Shown: positions 41,911-52,396, counted from the stretch's first letter. The stretch is 64,000 nucleotides of DNA from Escherichia coli (GCF_030013205.1 NZ_CP122649.1); one strand, 5' to 3'. Numbers and translations: made by a program. The notes: generated by a model from the sequence alone, not told the origin.

Positions 41911-42138
41911 TCATTTAAGCCACCCTTTTCCGGTTGTATAATTAATTTGACCTGCTTTACACAGCGCCAGCAAACGGCGATCAAGAATATGCGACGGTTG
42001 CGGATTGCTTTCCCCGGCTGCAATCCGGTGACACTCTGCTTTGATCTCTCCGGCAAATAATGTCGAGAACGGCGTAGGAACTGGGGTAAGAATTTCGTTG
42101 AGTGCCCTGTCCAGCGCCAGATACTTATCCATATTCAT
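41911..42138 (-). CDS. small hypothetical protein (75 aa)
   Basis: Start at MNMDKYLALDRALNE preferred. Confidence 0.4.
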   Translation of the reverse strand: MNMDKYLALDRALNEILTPVPTPFSTLFAGEIKAECHRIAAGESNPQPSHILDRRLLALCKAGQINYTTGKGWLK

Positions 42139-42307
42139 GTCCTTGCAGGTAATTGAATGGATGGGGTTTAAATTTATTATACTGAATCGAGTTACTAAAC
42201 TAATATCCTTCAGGATGAAGAAAGGAATCATCCACCTTCAGTATGTATTCGACATATAGGACACGTCTCTAAAATTTTTCGCGTTTTCGCGATTTACACC
42301 GACAGGC

Positions 42308-42661
42308 CTACCAGTCACCACCTTCGATATGAAGTTGCGTCGCAGAAACAGCCACCATTTCCTGCATTGGCTGGTCATGCTTGTTATGACTACTCCCAAG
42401 CAGTAGGCTCACCTTGCCGTTAGCGGAATAAAACATAGCATCAGGAAAATGCTCTCTGACTTCCCCCAGCAATGTGTGCATCGACTGAGTCAGTCGGTAG
42501 AATCGACGTGCGGCAGTCGGCATTGCATCATCAAGGAGATCTCCGGCGTCGCCGTCCCCGCTGTTTATGAAACTCAGTACCTTATCTTCGTCCATTCGAA
42601 CCTCTTTTTCAGTCATGTCATATATATCCATTGAGATATCTGTCAGCCTGAGCAACGACAT
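42308..42661 (-). CDS. hypothetical protein
   Basis: ORF; start uncertain. Confidence 0.45.
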   Translation of the reverse strand: MSLLRLTDISMDIYDMTEKEVRMDEDKVLSFINSGDGDAGDLLDDAMPTAARRFYRLTQSMHTLLGEVREHFPDAMFYSANGKVSLLLGSSHNKHDQPMQEMVAVSATQLHIEGGDW

Positions 42662-42676
42662 CAGGCTGACCTTCGC

Positions 42677-43285
42677 TCACCCGGTAATAACGATGGCCTG
42701 TTCCAATTGTGGCTGGCGATCCCCCCGCAGCGCTACCGACTCCTGGAGGCGTGCGGAAGGCATCGTCATTGCCTTAAACCCCTCATCCCGCGAACGCACC
42801 AGCATCCCCCACGAATGGGTTTCACAGACATCGTTCTCGAAATTGGGTTCGGTCGACAGCAGTGATTCCATCTTCGGTTCGATGTGTACCGGCGCAATGT
42901 TTTTATAAACAGGGTGAACACGACACTGTTCAGACGCTTGTGCTCGGTAGCTCCCTTGCGCCAGCAGCACGTCATGGGAAACCAGGTCATAATCTGTATC
43001 TTCGACAAAAGTCTTCAGGGTGTGCGTTATTTTGCCGAATCCTTCGATATTCCAGACGGACACCATCGTAAACTCTTCAAACGCACGGGGACTTTTGACC
43101 AAAAATCCATTCAGCGCCCTACGCCCCTTCAGCATCCCCACCAGGTATTGCTTGTTGGGATAAGGGCGCATCGCAACAAGGTCATTACCAGTCAGGCGTA
43201 GCGACAGTTCCGGGACGCTTACGGAATCCAGCGTGCAAAGATTTCCCATCGGATGCAGGATTTTTGGTACAAGGTGCAAAAACAT
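42677..43285 (-). CDS. hypothetical protein (202 aa)
   Basis: ORF, no motif recognised. Confidence 0.55.
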   Translation of the reverse strand: MFLHLVPKILHPMGNLCTLDSVSVPELSLRLTGNDLVAMRPYPNKQYLVGMLKGRRALNGFLVKSPRAFEEFTMVSVWNIEGFGKITHTLKTFVEDTDYDLVSHDVLLAQGSYRAQASEQCRVHPVYKNIAPVHIEPKMESLLSTEPNFENDVCETHSWGMLVRSRDEGFKAMTMPSARLQESVALRGDRQPQLEQAIVITG

Positions 43286-43315
43286 CGGTATTCTCCTCGT
43301 TTATTAAGCCTTCAA

Positions 43316-43852
43316 TTATTGTGCCGTCGCCTGATGTATTTCGAACCAGAAGACAACCGGCTTTTCCGTGACTTCAATTAACCCAAATCGCTCTGCGGTT
43401 CTGAAGTTGACGCTGTATGCCCTGGCGCGTTCTACCTGGCGGCTTATTTCTTTCCTCATGCCTTCAACACTTAATGCACCTTTAAAGAGATTGCAGGGGG
43501 CGCAAGCCGGAAAAAGATTTTCGATTGCATGCAGTTCAGGGTGCATGACCTTACCGGTACTTCGAGCCCGGTGTGTCACTCGACTTCCAGCGGGGGCTCT
43601 GACCATTTCAAAATCCCGCCTCACCGGTTCAACATGATCGGCATGCCAGCCTTTTTCCGGCAAAGGACAGCCGCAGTAGGCACACCGACCGCCAAATTTC
43701 AAACGCAGTTCGGCTCGTTGCTCTTTGGATATTTTATTTTTTGGTTTTGAAAATCGCCCATCATCAGATTCAACCTTCGGGAGGAGTTCTGAAAAATTGG
43801 GTAATTCGATTACTGCGCCTTTGTTATTTAGAACTTTCACCGGACCTCCCAA
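43316..43852 (-). CDS. HNH endonuclease
   Basis: CAYCGCPL ... HADHVEP ... NLFPACAPCN. Confidence 0.75.
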   Translation of the reverse strand: MGGPVKVLNNKGAVIELPNFSELLPKVESDDGRFSKPKNKISKEQRAELRLKFGGRCAYCGCPLPEKGWHADHVEPVRRDFEMVRAPAGSRVTHRARSTGKVMHPELHAIENLFPACAPCNLFKGALSVEGMRKEISRQVERARAYSVNFRTAERFGLIEVTEKPVVFWFEIHQATAQ

Positions 43853-43870
43853 CCATATTAAGACGATTTT

Positions 43871-44182
43871 TTATTTATTTTCCTGAATTAGTTTTCGAAT
43901 TTTAATCAGGTGTGGTCGGCTTAATTTGCATAGCTGTTCGGTCGCGGCATCCAGAGTGGGAAATACATGGGCCTCATTAATATCCAGTGTCCAGTATTTC
44001 GCTTTACCTTCTCCCAGATCAGATTCAAAGTAATTCCGCTTTACCCCAATCTGCTTTGGTCTTCCATTAATTCTGACGATTTCATGCCGCTCGTCGAAGA
44101 TAAAACCCTCTCCGACCAACGTCAGGAGGACAAAAGGGCCCTCGGCCTTTTGCGTACCCAGCGAACTCATCTCATTATTCAT
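43871..44182 (-). CDS. hypothetical protein (103 aa)
   Basis: Between the ASCH and HNH genes, 4-nt overlap with the ASCH stop. Confidence 0.5.
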   Translation of the reverse strand: MNNEMSSLGTQKAEGPFVLLTLVGEGFIFDERHEIVRINGRPKQIGVKRNYFESDLGEGKAKYWTLDINEAHVFPTLDAATEQLCKLSRPHLIKIRKLIQENK

Positions 44183-44862
44183 ACGACCTCCCCGGTAATA
44201 CGCTTAAAGTTGACGACCCAGACCCACGGGTTGGCCTGCCAACTGTCCTCGCCGTACGTGTTTTTCCAGAGGCTGCGGAAGCCAAGAAAGTGCTTATCGC
44301 CAAGAACACAACATTCTGTTGGTGCGCCTTCAGCTTTGGCATCTTCCTCGCTGATGGTATTTAACCGCTCTACCCGCAAATCGGTAATTTCCAGTGCAAT
44401 ACGGCTGGCCCAGCGAGGCATATGGATTGAAGGTGTCCACGCACCTTCGAACTTCATATTTTCGGTACGAGGCTTCCAGTCGGCCTCATCAGGGATCGAC
44501 CACAGCCCATAATCCCCCGACCGCTGTTCGCAGCTCGCCCGGTAAATGCGGGCTGCTTCAGTCCTGTCCATCACGATGTTGTCATTCCAGTCCACCGCGC
44601 ACGCATCTTCATTCCCGAGCAATGAAAACGCCTCACGGACCGTAATGCGGTCGCCAACTACGCCGTACGGACAAGGCCGAAGCGCCGAGTATGGCTGGGT
44701 CCCTGTTGGAAGCCACCAGTCATGCGTGTGCCCGCGATGTCGCGGTGTTTGCGCAGGCCTTATAGACCATTCATCCGAACTATATTGAGGCTTTATAATC
44801 CGCCGCGTCTGTGTTTTCTGATCTGCCAGAATTGCCCGGACCATTTCATCATTAAAAAGCAT
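44179..44862 (-). CDS. ASCH-domain protein
   Basis: N-terminus MLFNDEMVRAILADQKTQTRRII fits the ASCH signature; start at ATG 44862. Confidence 0.6.
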   Translation of the reverse strand: MLFNDEMVRAILADQKTQTRRIIKPQYSSDEWSIRPAQTPRHRGHTHDWWLPTGTQPYSALRPCPYGVVGDRITVREAFSLLGNEDACAVDWNDNIVMDRTEAARIYRASCEQRSGDYGLWSIPDEADWKPRTENMKFEGAWTPSIHMPRWASRIALEITDLRVERLNTISEEDAKAEGAPTECCVLGDKHFLGFRSLWKNTYGEDSWQANPWVWVVNFKRITGEVV

Positions 44863-45017
44863 TCCACGTGTCTTCACTGTGCTGACTCCTTTCACACATG
44901 GTTCACACATTGAGAGGCCTATCCCTCTTTATCAGCCAGGCATACCGAAACTGTCGGTAGTTTTACGGGAACGGGCAACTGCCCCCCTACCTGATAAAGT
45001 GGTGTTCTCCCCCAAAA

Positions 45018-45242
45018 TTAATCGTATTCCCCATCCACTACCGGCTCAGTCGTAATTTCATATTTCACTCCGCCGGGTACATCCAACGCTTTAGCGACGG
45101 ACTCACACAGCAATGACAAATCATTCAGGGTCATTGGGTATTCAACTTCCAGGCTGTGCAGTGCATTGGCGCTGGCAGCAGCAGCCTTGTCAGCATGACA
45201 GGCATTAAAAACGAAAACGGTGGTTTTTTCTTGAATAGGCAT
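45018..45242 (-). CDS. 74-aa protein, paralog of 38917..39141
   Basis: Shared block EYPMTLNDLSLLCESVAKA. Confidence 0.55.
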   Translation of the reverse strand: MPIQEKTTVFVFNACHADKAAAASANALHSLEVEYPMTLNDLSLLCESVAKALDVPGGVKYEITTEPVVDGEYD

Positions 45243-45328
45243 AGTGCAATCCTCTGAATAATTAGCCCTGTGATCAGGGCGGTTTTTGATTAAATTTAAA
45301 TGTTCGTTTTCAATAATTAGTGAATCTG

Positions 45329-45793
45329 TTAATCGGGTTGTGACTTATCATTTTCTCCAACCGAAGTGCTGTCGAGAAATGACCATTCTTGTTTGGGGCT
45401 TTTATATAATGCACTAGCCTCAGTACTCATCCATGACTCACAGGCTTTATAAGTCATGCCTTCCTCTCTAACGCGGTCCTTAAAATACGCCCAGGCTTGC
45501 AGATCAAGCGGCTGATACTCTTTCAGCGACTGGTCAAGCCTTTCCTTCCAGATTTTCTTCCGATGAGTAAAATGAGGAAAAGCCAGGAATGCATAACTAC
45601 CTGCAACAAAAAAAAAGAACAGGAGTCCGCCCCATAGAGAATGTTTGAAAAACACCAGTCCTGGGAAAATCCATGCCACAATGGCAACAAATAAAAGAAG
45701 GTGCTCCTTCCCAGTAGGTTTATTAAAATGCCAGGAAATTGCAATACACTTTAATTTACTAAAGTGATTTTGTTTCTCCTTAATATCGGTCAT
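45329..45793 (-). CDS. membrane protein (154 aa)
   Basis: Two TM helices; palindrome site about 50 bp upstream. Confidence 0.55.
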   Translation of the reverse strand: MTDIKEKQNHFSKLKCIAISWHFNKPTGKEHLLLFVAIVAWIFPGLVFFKHSLWGGLLFFFFVAGSYAFLAFPHFTHRKKIWKERLDQSLKEYQPLDLQAWAYFKDRVREEGMTYKACESWMSTEASALYKSPKQEWSFLDSTSVGENDKSQPD

Positions 45794-45840
45794 ATATCAG
45801 TCCTTACTTATAAAAAAATGGTTATTATTAGTCTGATGTA

Positions 45841-45851
45841 AAAGTTACTTT
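45841..45851. promoter_or_regulatory. AAAGTWACTTT palindrome site
   Basis: Exact match about 50 bp upstream of 45329..45793. Confidence 0.6.
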
Positions 45852-45975
45852 TCAAAACAGTCCCTTTAACGAATTCCGCACCTGCGCTCATTACAACACA
45901 CACCATTCGGCGCTTTTTCCGTTAACGGGGCTATTTTCACGTTTTTTGCACGTATGTCTGATTTTGCTGGTGGGC

Positions 45976-48405
45976 TCACGCCAGCACGCGGACCATACGT
46001 TTCAACAGAGGCCTTAACAACGCCGCCGTCCTCTCCCGGCATTCATCCACATGCCGGAACCCCGTCTTTTTCGAAGACTGGGGGCCGGATAACATCCGCA
46101 GCTCCCAGATGACTTCCCGTAAGGTTCCTTCGCGCTCCGGCGAAATACACCCGGCTAATGTCTCCAGAAAGCGTTTTCTTACGGCCCGGTAATACAGACG
46201 TTCTTCCGGTTGCTGTGACGAAATCCGCAGGTTACAGAGGGTCAGGACAGCGTCAAGAGTCCTTGCCTTCAGTTCGTCTCCCGTCCGGGCCAGATGTAGC
46301 TGTTGTTCTGTCTCCAGTTGCGTCGTTATCCACCCCCCCAGAGGGGTTTTGTTGTAGGTGTGCAGTGCCACACAGGCCGCAACACAGCACCAGAAGCGCA
46401 GTTTCTGCCGCTGCCCCCGCAGTTTGCGGGCTACGAGCAAGCGATAATCGCTGTCGGTCAGGATCTTGAAACGGCGGCTGGCGAGCAGAGACGGCAGCGG
46501 CGTCTGGTCGTTAATGCCAAGACGTGAATAGGCCTGCCCGCGTTGAGCGAGTCGATGGTACACCGCACCTTTCCCCCGCGAAATTCGGACGGCGCCGTAT
46601 CTAAGCAGGTACTGTGCCGCCGCCACAGGGGTAAACTCACCGTCAGACACACGCTGGCGTAATCCGTCATATTCATGCCAGATAATCCAGGATGCCGTGT
46701 CTTCATCGACCGTCAGCTCATCCTCTTCTTCGAATGCAACGATGTTCAGGCCTTCCCCGCTACTCATCAGACTGCGGGAAGCTCGCTCATCCTCCCGACC
46801 GTCAAAATAGGCTATTTCGGATGACGGATCGGACAGCCCGTCAAATGACGTCCCGATACGGCCTTCCGGCAACTTCATCCAGCGTGGTGCTGGCATCGGC
46901 GTGCGGGGTACTGGTTGCATAGCTGGCTCATCGTCGAGAAGATCCAGTGCCCCCCCTTCCCACACCTGGCGGTAAAGTTCAATGGCACGAAATGGGCGCG
47001 GGTTAAAGCAATGCAGTGACCAGAGAAAGTCGATATGCAGCACGTTAGCCTCCTGCACCAGTCGAAACTGCGGCTCCGACATGCGGCGGTTATGCGCGGT
47101 ATCTTCGATCTCGCCTGAAAGTAACTTTTCATGCACCGCTGCGGCCCGCTGAGCCTCCACGTAATCGAGGCTGCAACAGATATGGAACAGTCTTTCGGTC
47201 AGGGACGACGAGAACACATTGGGCTGAAGACGCACATACCCGCCCTCAAACACTTTGCGTCCGATATAATCCCGAAGGCTCCAGTCGTACTGAATTTTGG
47301 TCAGGAAACGCTGAAGGCGGTTGAGACCAGCCTGGTAGCCGTACTTCTCAGGGTCAGTGCGGAGTAAGGTTTCCATCGAGTGATCAATGCCGACGGCGCA
47401 GCATAGCGAGCATCCATAGCGAGCGCCGCAGGCAGAAGACCGGACAGTGGATTTCTCCGGCGTCCAGATACATTCCCCGGTCGCGTCTTTGTAAAGCGTG
47501 GCGAGGCTGAAGTTGTCCGGCAAAAAGCTTGGCAGCGGAAATCGCGCCAGAGAACCACAGGCCATCAGAAATGACCAGATATCCTGTGCCCGCCACTCTT
47601 TCACCGGGTACAGTTCGCCGCCGTGCTCCGTGAGCGAGACGCTGTCCGCCTGCCCGCCCATTCTTAGGATGTTGTCTGCCCGACGGGCGCTCTCATCATC
47701 GCGGGAACCCAGCATCAGGCACACTTTGTTGCGGACAGAAGCAGGTGCATTTTTCAGATAACGGGCTTTGGCCTGGCGCAGTGGAGAACGCTTTAGATCT
47801 GTAGCGCATTGACGCGTAGAAGAATTTGTCCAGGTTGGAAGTCCACGCCCGGTCAGAATGCGTCCGACCCAGCTCTGGGTCATGGACGGGCGGGCCACAA
47901 GGACGGTCAAAGGCAGTTCTTGTTCGGCAATAAAGGCTCTGAGCTGGCTGAGAACCTGCGTGGCCTGATGATGCATCTCAGGGTTTTCAATCAGGGTGTC
48001 AGACATCTGAATGAAGTGGTGCTGGCTGACGTTCGACCCGTTTCGTACTGCACGGATCAAGGCCATAAGGAACAAGTGCAGTAGCGAGTGAGAGTCTTTC
48101 CCGCCGCTGTAGCCGACGCACATGGTCCAGCCTTCGGTAATCGCATGATAAATGGCACTGGTTGCCGTCGTCACGCGCGAAGCGAGACTGACCGGCTCAC
48201 CGGCATCAGTATAATTCAGATCCGCATCGGTCTTCAGTGTCTGCCAGACATCGCCCCATTTATCCTGCGTCAGAATGGCAGCGTTAGCCGCCTCAGAAAA
48301 TTGAATTTCTGAGGGTAATTCAAGGAATGTTTCTTTCATTTCGATATACATATTATTTCCTGAATTTGGCTTTCGCTGTATTGTCGCGATATTTATTAAA
48401 TCCAT
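45976..48405 (-). CDS. PP-loop ATP pyrophosphatase-like protein (PAPS reductase/DndC-like N-terminal domain) with large C-terminal extension
   Basis: 809 aa; CVGYSGGKDSHSLLHL PP-loop; Cys cluster CGARYGCSLCC. Confidence 0.7.
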   Translation of the reverse strand: MDLINIATIQRKPNSGNNMYIEMKETFLELPSEIQFSEAANAAILTQDKWGDVWQTLKTDADLNYTDAGEPVSLASRVTTATSAIYHAITEGWTMCVGYSGGKDSHSLLHLFLMALIRAVRNGSNVSQHHFIQMSDTLIENPEMHHQATQVLSQLRAFIAEQELPLTVLVARPSMTQSWVGRILTGRGLPTWTNSSTRQCATDLKRSPLRQAKARYLKNAPASVRNKVCLMLGSRDDESARRADNILRMGGQADSVSLTEHGGELYPVKEWRAQDIWSFLMACGSLARFPLPSFLPDNFSLATLYKDATGECIWTPEKSTVRSSACGARYGCSLCCAVGIDHSMETLLRTDPEKYGYQAGLNRLQRFLTKIQYDWSLRDYIGRKVFEGGYVRLQPNVFSSSLTERLFHICCSLDYVEAQRAAAVHEKLLSGEIEDTAHNRRMSEPQFRLVQEANVLHIDFLWSLHCFNPRPFRAIELYRQVWEGGALDLLDDEPAMQPVPRTPMPAPRWMKLPEGRIGTSFDGLSDPSSEIAYFDGREDERASRSLMSSGEGLNIVAFEEEDELTVDEDTASWIIWHEYDGLRQRVSDGEFTPVAAAQYLLRYGAVRISRGKGAVYHRLAQRGQAYSRLGINDQTPLPSLLASRRFKILTDSDYRLLVARKLRGQRQKLRFWCCVAACVALHTYNKTPLGGWITTQLETEQQLHLARTGDELKARTLDAVLTLCNLRISSQQPEERLYYRAVRKRFLETLAGCISPEREGTLREVIWELRMLSGPQSSKKTGFRHVDECRERTAALLRPLLKRMVRVLA
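47118..47128. promoter_or_regulatory. AAAGTWACTTT palindrome site
   Basis: Exact match inside the PP-loop gene. Confidence 0.5.
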
Positions 48406-48527
48406 TTAATATCTTCAGCGCAATATGTGAAGCTAAAAATAGTTAAATTGAAATCATGCCAATTTAATTAAATAACACTGAACAAATAAAATTACGCGGC
48501 AATAAATATATTATGTTCTCCACGCTC

Positions 48528-48977
48528 TCACGAATACTGCTGGGTAATTAAAACCGTCGCATTTGATTCCAGCTCTGCCAACGGAATTAGGGGCGTATTG
48601 AGCATCATGTCATCGCCGCAATGACGGGGTACAGCCGTCAGATGAAATGATTCTTTCATGACCCGGATGGAAGTTGTTTCCGTGCGGCAGGAGGGCATTA
48701 CGTCCCGGAGCATCGTTTCCTGTCCGCTGCTGTCACTTTCAATAAACGCAGCCTGCGACATGAGAACCTCAATGTCCTCTTCCAATGTTTCGGACCAGTG
48801 GCAGTCATAGAAGAAAAACTCGGCGGCGTACAAATCATTTTCTTTCACGTATGCCGCCAGTTCACGGATACGCTTAGCCAGCGACGTATCAATGGAAAAG
48901 AAGACGCTTTGCGGGACATCACTCGCAAATTCATTGATGCAGCTAGCGGACAAAATCAGGATTTTATTGGTCATTTT
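48528..48977 (-). CDS. hypothetical protein (about 149 aa)
   Basis: Start at MTNKILILSAS preferred. Confidence 0.5.
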   Translation of the reverse strand, partial: KMTNKILILSASCINEFASDVPQSVFFSIDTSLAKRIRELAAYVKENDLYAAEFFFYDCHWSETLEEDIEVLMSQAAFIESDSSGQETMLRDVMPSCRTETTSIRVMKESFHLTAVPRHCGDDMMLNTPLIPLAELESNATVLITQQYS

Positions 48978-49021
48978 CAGCTCTCCATGCCACCGGCTGT
49001 TCCGGTGGCAATCAGGGATTA

Positions 49022-49828
49022 TCAGGCAGTCACGGGGCACAATTCGTCAAGTGAAGGCAGTAATTTGCTCAGGCTTTCGTACACGACGGGCATCAATTCA
49101 GTGACGCTGTGAAGCGCCATGCTGGTATTGTCTTCTTCGCTGAGAATGATAACTCCATCCTCACCAGGATTGTCGGGCGTGCTCTCGTCAGAGGCCAGGC
49201 GGTGGCGTGCAACGTCATAAGCCGATTCTGATTTTTTGCAGCTCATCAGATAGCATTGAGTGTATGTGTATTCGTGGTTGTACTGGTTCACTTTCACCAA
49301 CGCATACTGAACACCGGCATCATGAGCTTCGTTCATCAGGCGAGAAAAATTAAAGCCTTCTTCGTAGTGGTGTGTATCTTTAGTCACCACAATAGTCGCA
49401 CCGCCGAACTCGTTTTCGCGTGGTCGGTCGCAGACGAAAGCGGCATTGATTGTGACCATCTCAGGCAGGTTAAACACCGACAACACGGCAGTTGTTACCG
49501 CGATAGCGTGGTCGAGGTTAATGCTTTCATCATGGCAGATTGCCAGGCCTTTACCGGTGATTTCCGCTTTGAGTTCCAGCTCGTAATTGTTTTCTGGTGA
49601 CTCCGACTGACCAAAAGTCGGCTCAAACGGATCGCACTCCGGGTGGTTCTGAATAATACCCAGGACAAGCAATTCAGTGAGGGAACACTCTGAAACCGGT
49701 TTAGACAGCAAGTGTTCACCTTCCGCCACATCCGTGTCTGTAACATACGCAATCGCGTCCAGTGCCATCTGTGCCTGTTCCTGTGAACAGAGAATTGTGA
49801 AGGATGCCTGAGTGTAATTGTTCGCCAT
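49022..49828 (-). CDS. hypothetical acidic protein (268 aa)
   Basis: First gene of the PP-loop operon. Confidence 0.55.
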   Translation of the reverse strand: MANNYTQASFTILCSQEQAQMALDAIAYVTDTDVAEGEHLLSKPVSECSLTELLVLGIIQNHPECDPFEPTFGQSESPENNYELELKAEITGKGLAICHDESINLDHAIAVTTAVLSVFNLPEMVTINAAFVCDRPRENEFGGATIVVTKDTHHYEEGFNFSRLMNEAHDAGVQYALVKVNQYNHEYTYTQCYLMSCKKSESAYDVARHRLASDESTPDNPGEDGVIILSEEDNTSMALHSVTELMPVVYESLSKLLPSLDELCPVTA

Positions 49829-50375
49829 TGCATAACTCCTTATTTAATTAAATGTGATTGCTGTCTGTGAATAGATAATATCAAAACAGATACCTGCACC
49901 TAATAACCAATAATGAAATATGTTCGAAATTTTTATAGAGCAGACAGCGCCATATTTAATAATCCAACTTTTATTCTGGATACGGTGTAAAATAAATATA
50001 CGGGAAAACAAAAAACCGCCACAAGGGCGGAATTTATTAGACGGGAAAGATTTGGTTATACGGTATGTGTCAGGGAGGAAGCAATGAGCCTGTCTGGTAA
50101 CAGTGATTGTAGGGACGCAGACGAAATAACAAGCACCTGATCCAAGTGCGCTACACCTTCGTCGATATGTTGCTGGAATGCCGCTTCAGCTTCACCGCAG
50201 GAGTCCGCTTCGACCAGCATCACCTCTTCCTCATCATCAAACATCATGCGGCCTGAGATAATATACAGTCGGCTTAAGTCTGGGGTATTTACAGCGATGC
50301 CCTGTTAGTTAATCATCATTTTTCTCCGCCTTCAATTTTTAAATTTGTCAGTTCTGCTACGTGTAAAAAACAGCA

Positions 50376-50708
50376 TCAGCCCTGTAAACCCGGACAGGTA
50401 TCAACGTAGCTCATTGGTTTGCCGATCGCGGCGCTCAGGCGAAGGATTTCGCCGATGGAGACGTACCGAAGCATTTCCGAACGCCCGTGTTTCTGGTATT
50501 CATCCACCGACATAGTGCGCCAGTCCTTGTGCGGTGCGGTTTTGCACAACTGCCAGTTGTTGGCAGTGGTCGGGCGACGCAGGACATATACACCCAGCGA
50601 AGGCGTGAGGCCACTGCCGAATGCCTGCTCCACCACAATACGTACTTCAGAGCCGTCGGGGCGTTTCAGTGTCTGAGTAATTTTAGTAATGAGCTGTTCG
50701 GATTCCAT
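50376..50708 (-). CDS. hypothetical protein (110 aa)
   Basis: ORF, no motif recognised. Confidence 0.5.
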   Translation of the reverse strand: MESEQLITKITQTLKRPDGSEVRIVVEQAFGSGLTPSLGVYVLRRPTTANNWQLCKTAPHKDWRTMSVDEYQKHGRSEMLRYVSIGEILRLSAAIGKPMSYVDTCPGLQG

Positions 50709-51005
50709 ACTATTAACCTCGACCGTCAGTTGGGTTGCTGTAGGGATATTTTACCAAAGTCGGCTCTCTGGCTAATAAGTAAGAAGTGATTTTTTTCATT
50801 CATTGAAGTTTCTTTCATATGGAATGAATATTAATTATTTAAACTGACTCGGCCTATTTTAATTATTATTAATCAGGGTATTTAATGTGCAAATTGGCAG
50901 GGCGCTGAATTACCGGGCATCCATTGCCCGGACAGTTTATTAAAAAAACTGATAATGCCCCGCCGGAGAATTACGCCAATTCCTGTGAAGGCATGGTCTG
51001 GCTGA

Positions 51006-51016
51006 AAAGTTACTTT
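51006..51016. promoter_or_regulatory. AAAGTWACTTT palindrome site
   Basis: Exact match upstream of 50376..50708, followed by CCCGGTTGCC. Confidence 0.6.
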
Positions 51017-51206
51017 TCCCGGTTGCCCTGCCTTGATCCCGTATCGTTTATACCGGTCTGCTCTTACATCCTACCTGGGCAGCAGCTGGCTACGGTGATC
51101 GGGTATTAAAATAGAACCGGTCTGTTTTACCGCAGATTCAACGCCCCGCACCTAGCGTAAAATCGCCTTTCCCGGATGCCCTCCTTAGTCGTCCGGCACG
51201 ATGGCG

Positions 51207-52388
51207 CTACTCCCAGCGATAAGGGGTAAAATAGTCCTCGTTAACAGCAAGAAATTCGGTCAGGGAATGCATCGCCTTCGTGTCATATGCCGTCACAATA
51301 AAACGGTATCCGTCCACCGTTTCGATGTAGCTGATCCCCCGTGGCGTGCAACTGGATTTCACAACTTCCGCCGTCATCATAAACTGCCCTTGCGGAAATT
51401 CCGGTGACAGGTAGATAAAGCCAGTGGTGGCTGATGACGGGTTGGCATTCATCAGCACGCCGTTAAATTGCTTTCCGTGCCGCGCCGGAATCAACGCGCT
51501 CCCCGCTGTCGCCTGAGTCATCAACTGGCGGATCAGGGTTTCCTCTTTATCTGAGCTGTAGGCGCGAACATCATTTTCAGCCCCGGAGCGTGAGTAGACG
51601 CCGACATGAGCAAGACGTCGGTACTCGTTACGCATATAGGCATGACAGGATGCACCGGCTCGCCCCTGAAGAGTGACGCCAAAGTCTTCACATAACATCA
51701 GTACCTGGCGCAGGTTTTTGTCATAGACCGTGGCAGAGAGCGCCAGGTTATAGCTGATGAATGTCAGCTCAAAAACCCGGGTATGTGCGTCACTAAGGTG
51801 TGCCTCCATGCGGATCACTGGTTTCTCCGTCATTGGAAACGGCGTACCGGCCAAGCAGTACGAGGTAACATCGCTAAAACACTCGTCGATCACACTGGCA
51901 ATGACCGTATCGGCGTCAATGACAGCCGGAGCTGGAACATAAATCTGAAACTGTCCTTCAGTGCCCGGTTGGATCAGGACGGGGTATAGACGCGGGGAAT
52001 TGAGTTGTTCGCAGTCGGCATTGATCAGTTCTGTCCAACCGGGTTTTCCGGTGGGAGCATCAAGGCGAAGACCCAGGTTATCGCAGAAGTCGACGATCTG
52101 GCGGGAGTGCTCCACCATCACTGCCCCGGAGAGTGTCAGACCGTGCGTAACCATCTGCATCTCACTCGTCCGGGTCTGGGAGTTCTGGGACCAGGGCTGT
52201 AATGAAAGCGTCGTCCGACTTAAGGAGGGAATGATGGTTTCATTCAGAGGTTCAATAAGCTGGCAATGCGCATACAGCCGGGTGGCGAGGAAGTCAAATA
52301 TGAAGCTTGCCTGTTGTTTTGTGCTGGCCTGAATATAAAACATCGCATCCATGCCTGAATCCCGGGATGAAATACCGAAAAGTTTCAT
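51207..52388 (-). CDS. hypothetical protein (393 aa), in the antitoxin position after a HigB-like gene
   Basis: Starts 8 nt after the HigB-like stop; no HTH recognised. Confidence 0.6.
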   Translation of the reverse strand: MKLFGISSRDSGMDAMFYIQASTKQQASFIFDFLATRLYAHCQLIEPLNETIIPSLSRTTLSLQPWSQNSQTRTSEMQMVTHGLTLSGAVMVEHSRQIVDFCDNLGLRLDAPTGKPGWTELINADCEQLNSPRLYPVLIQPGTEGQFQIYVPAPAVIDADTVIASVIDECFSDVTSYCLAGTPFPMTEKPVIRMEAHLSDAHTRVFELTFISYNLALSATVYDKNLRQVLMLCEDFGVTLQGRAGASCHAYMRNEYRRLAHVGVYSRSGAENDVRAYSSDKEETLIRQLMTQATAGSALIPARHGKQFNGVLMNANPSSATTGFIYLSPEFPQGQFMMTAEVVKSSCTPRGISYIETVDGYRFIVTAYDTKAMHSLTEFLAVNEDYFTPYRWE

Positions 52389-52396
52389 TTTTTACC

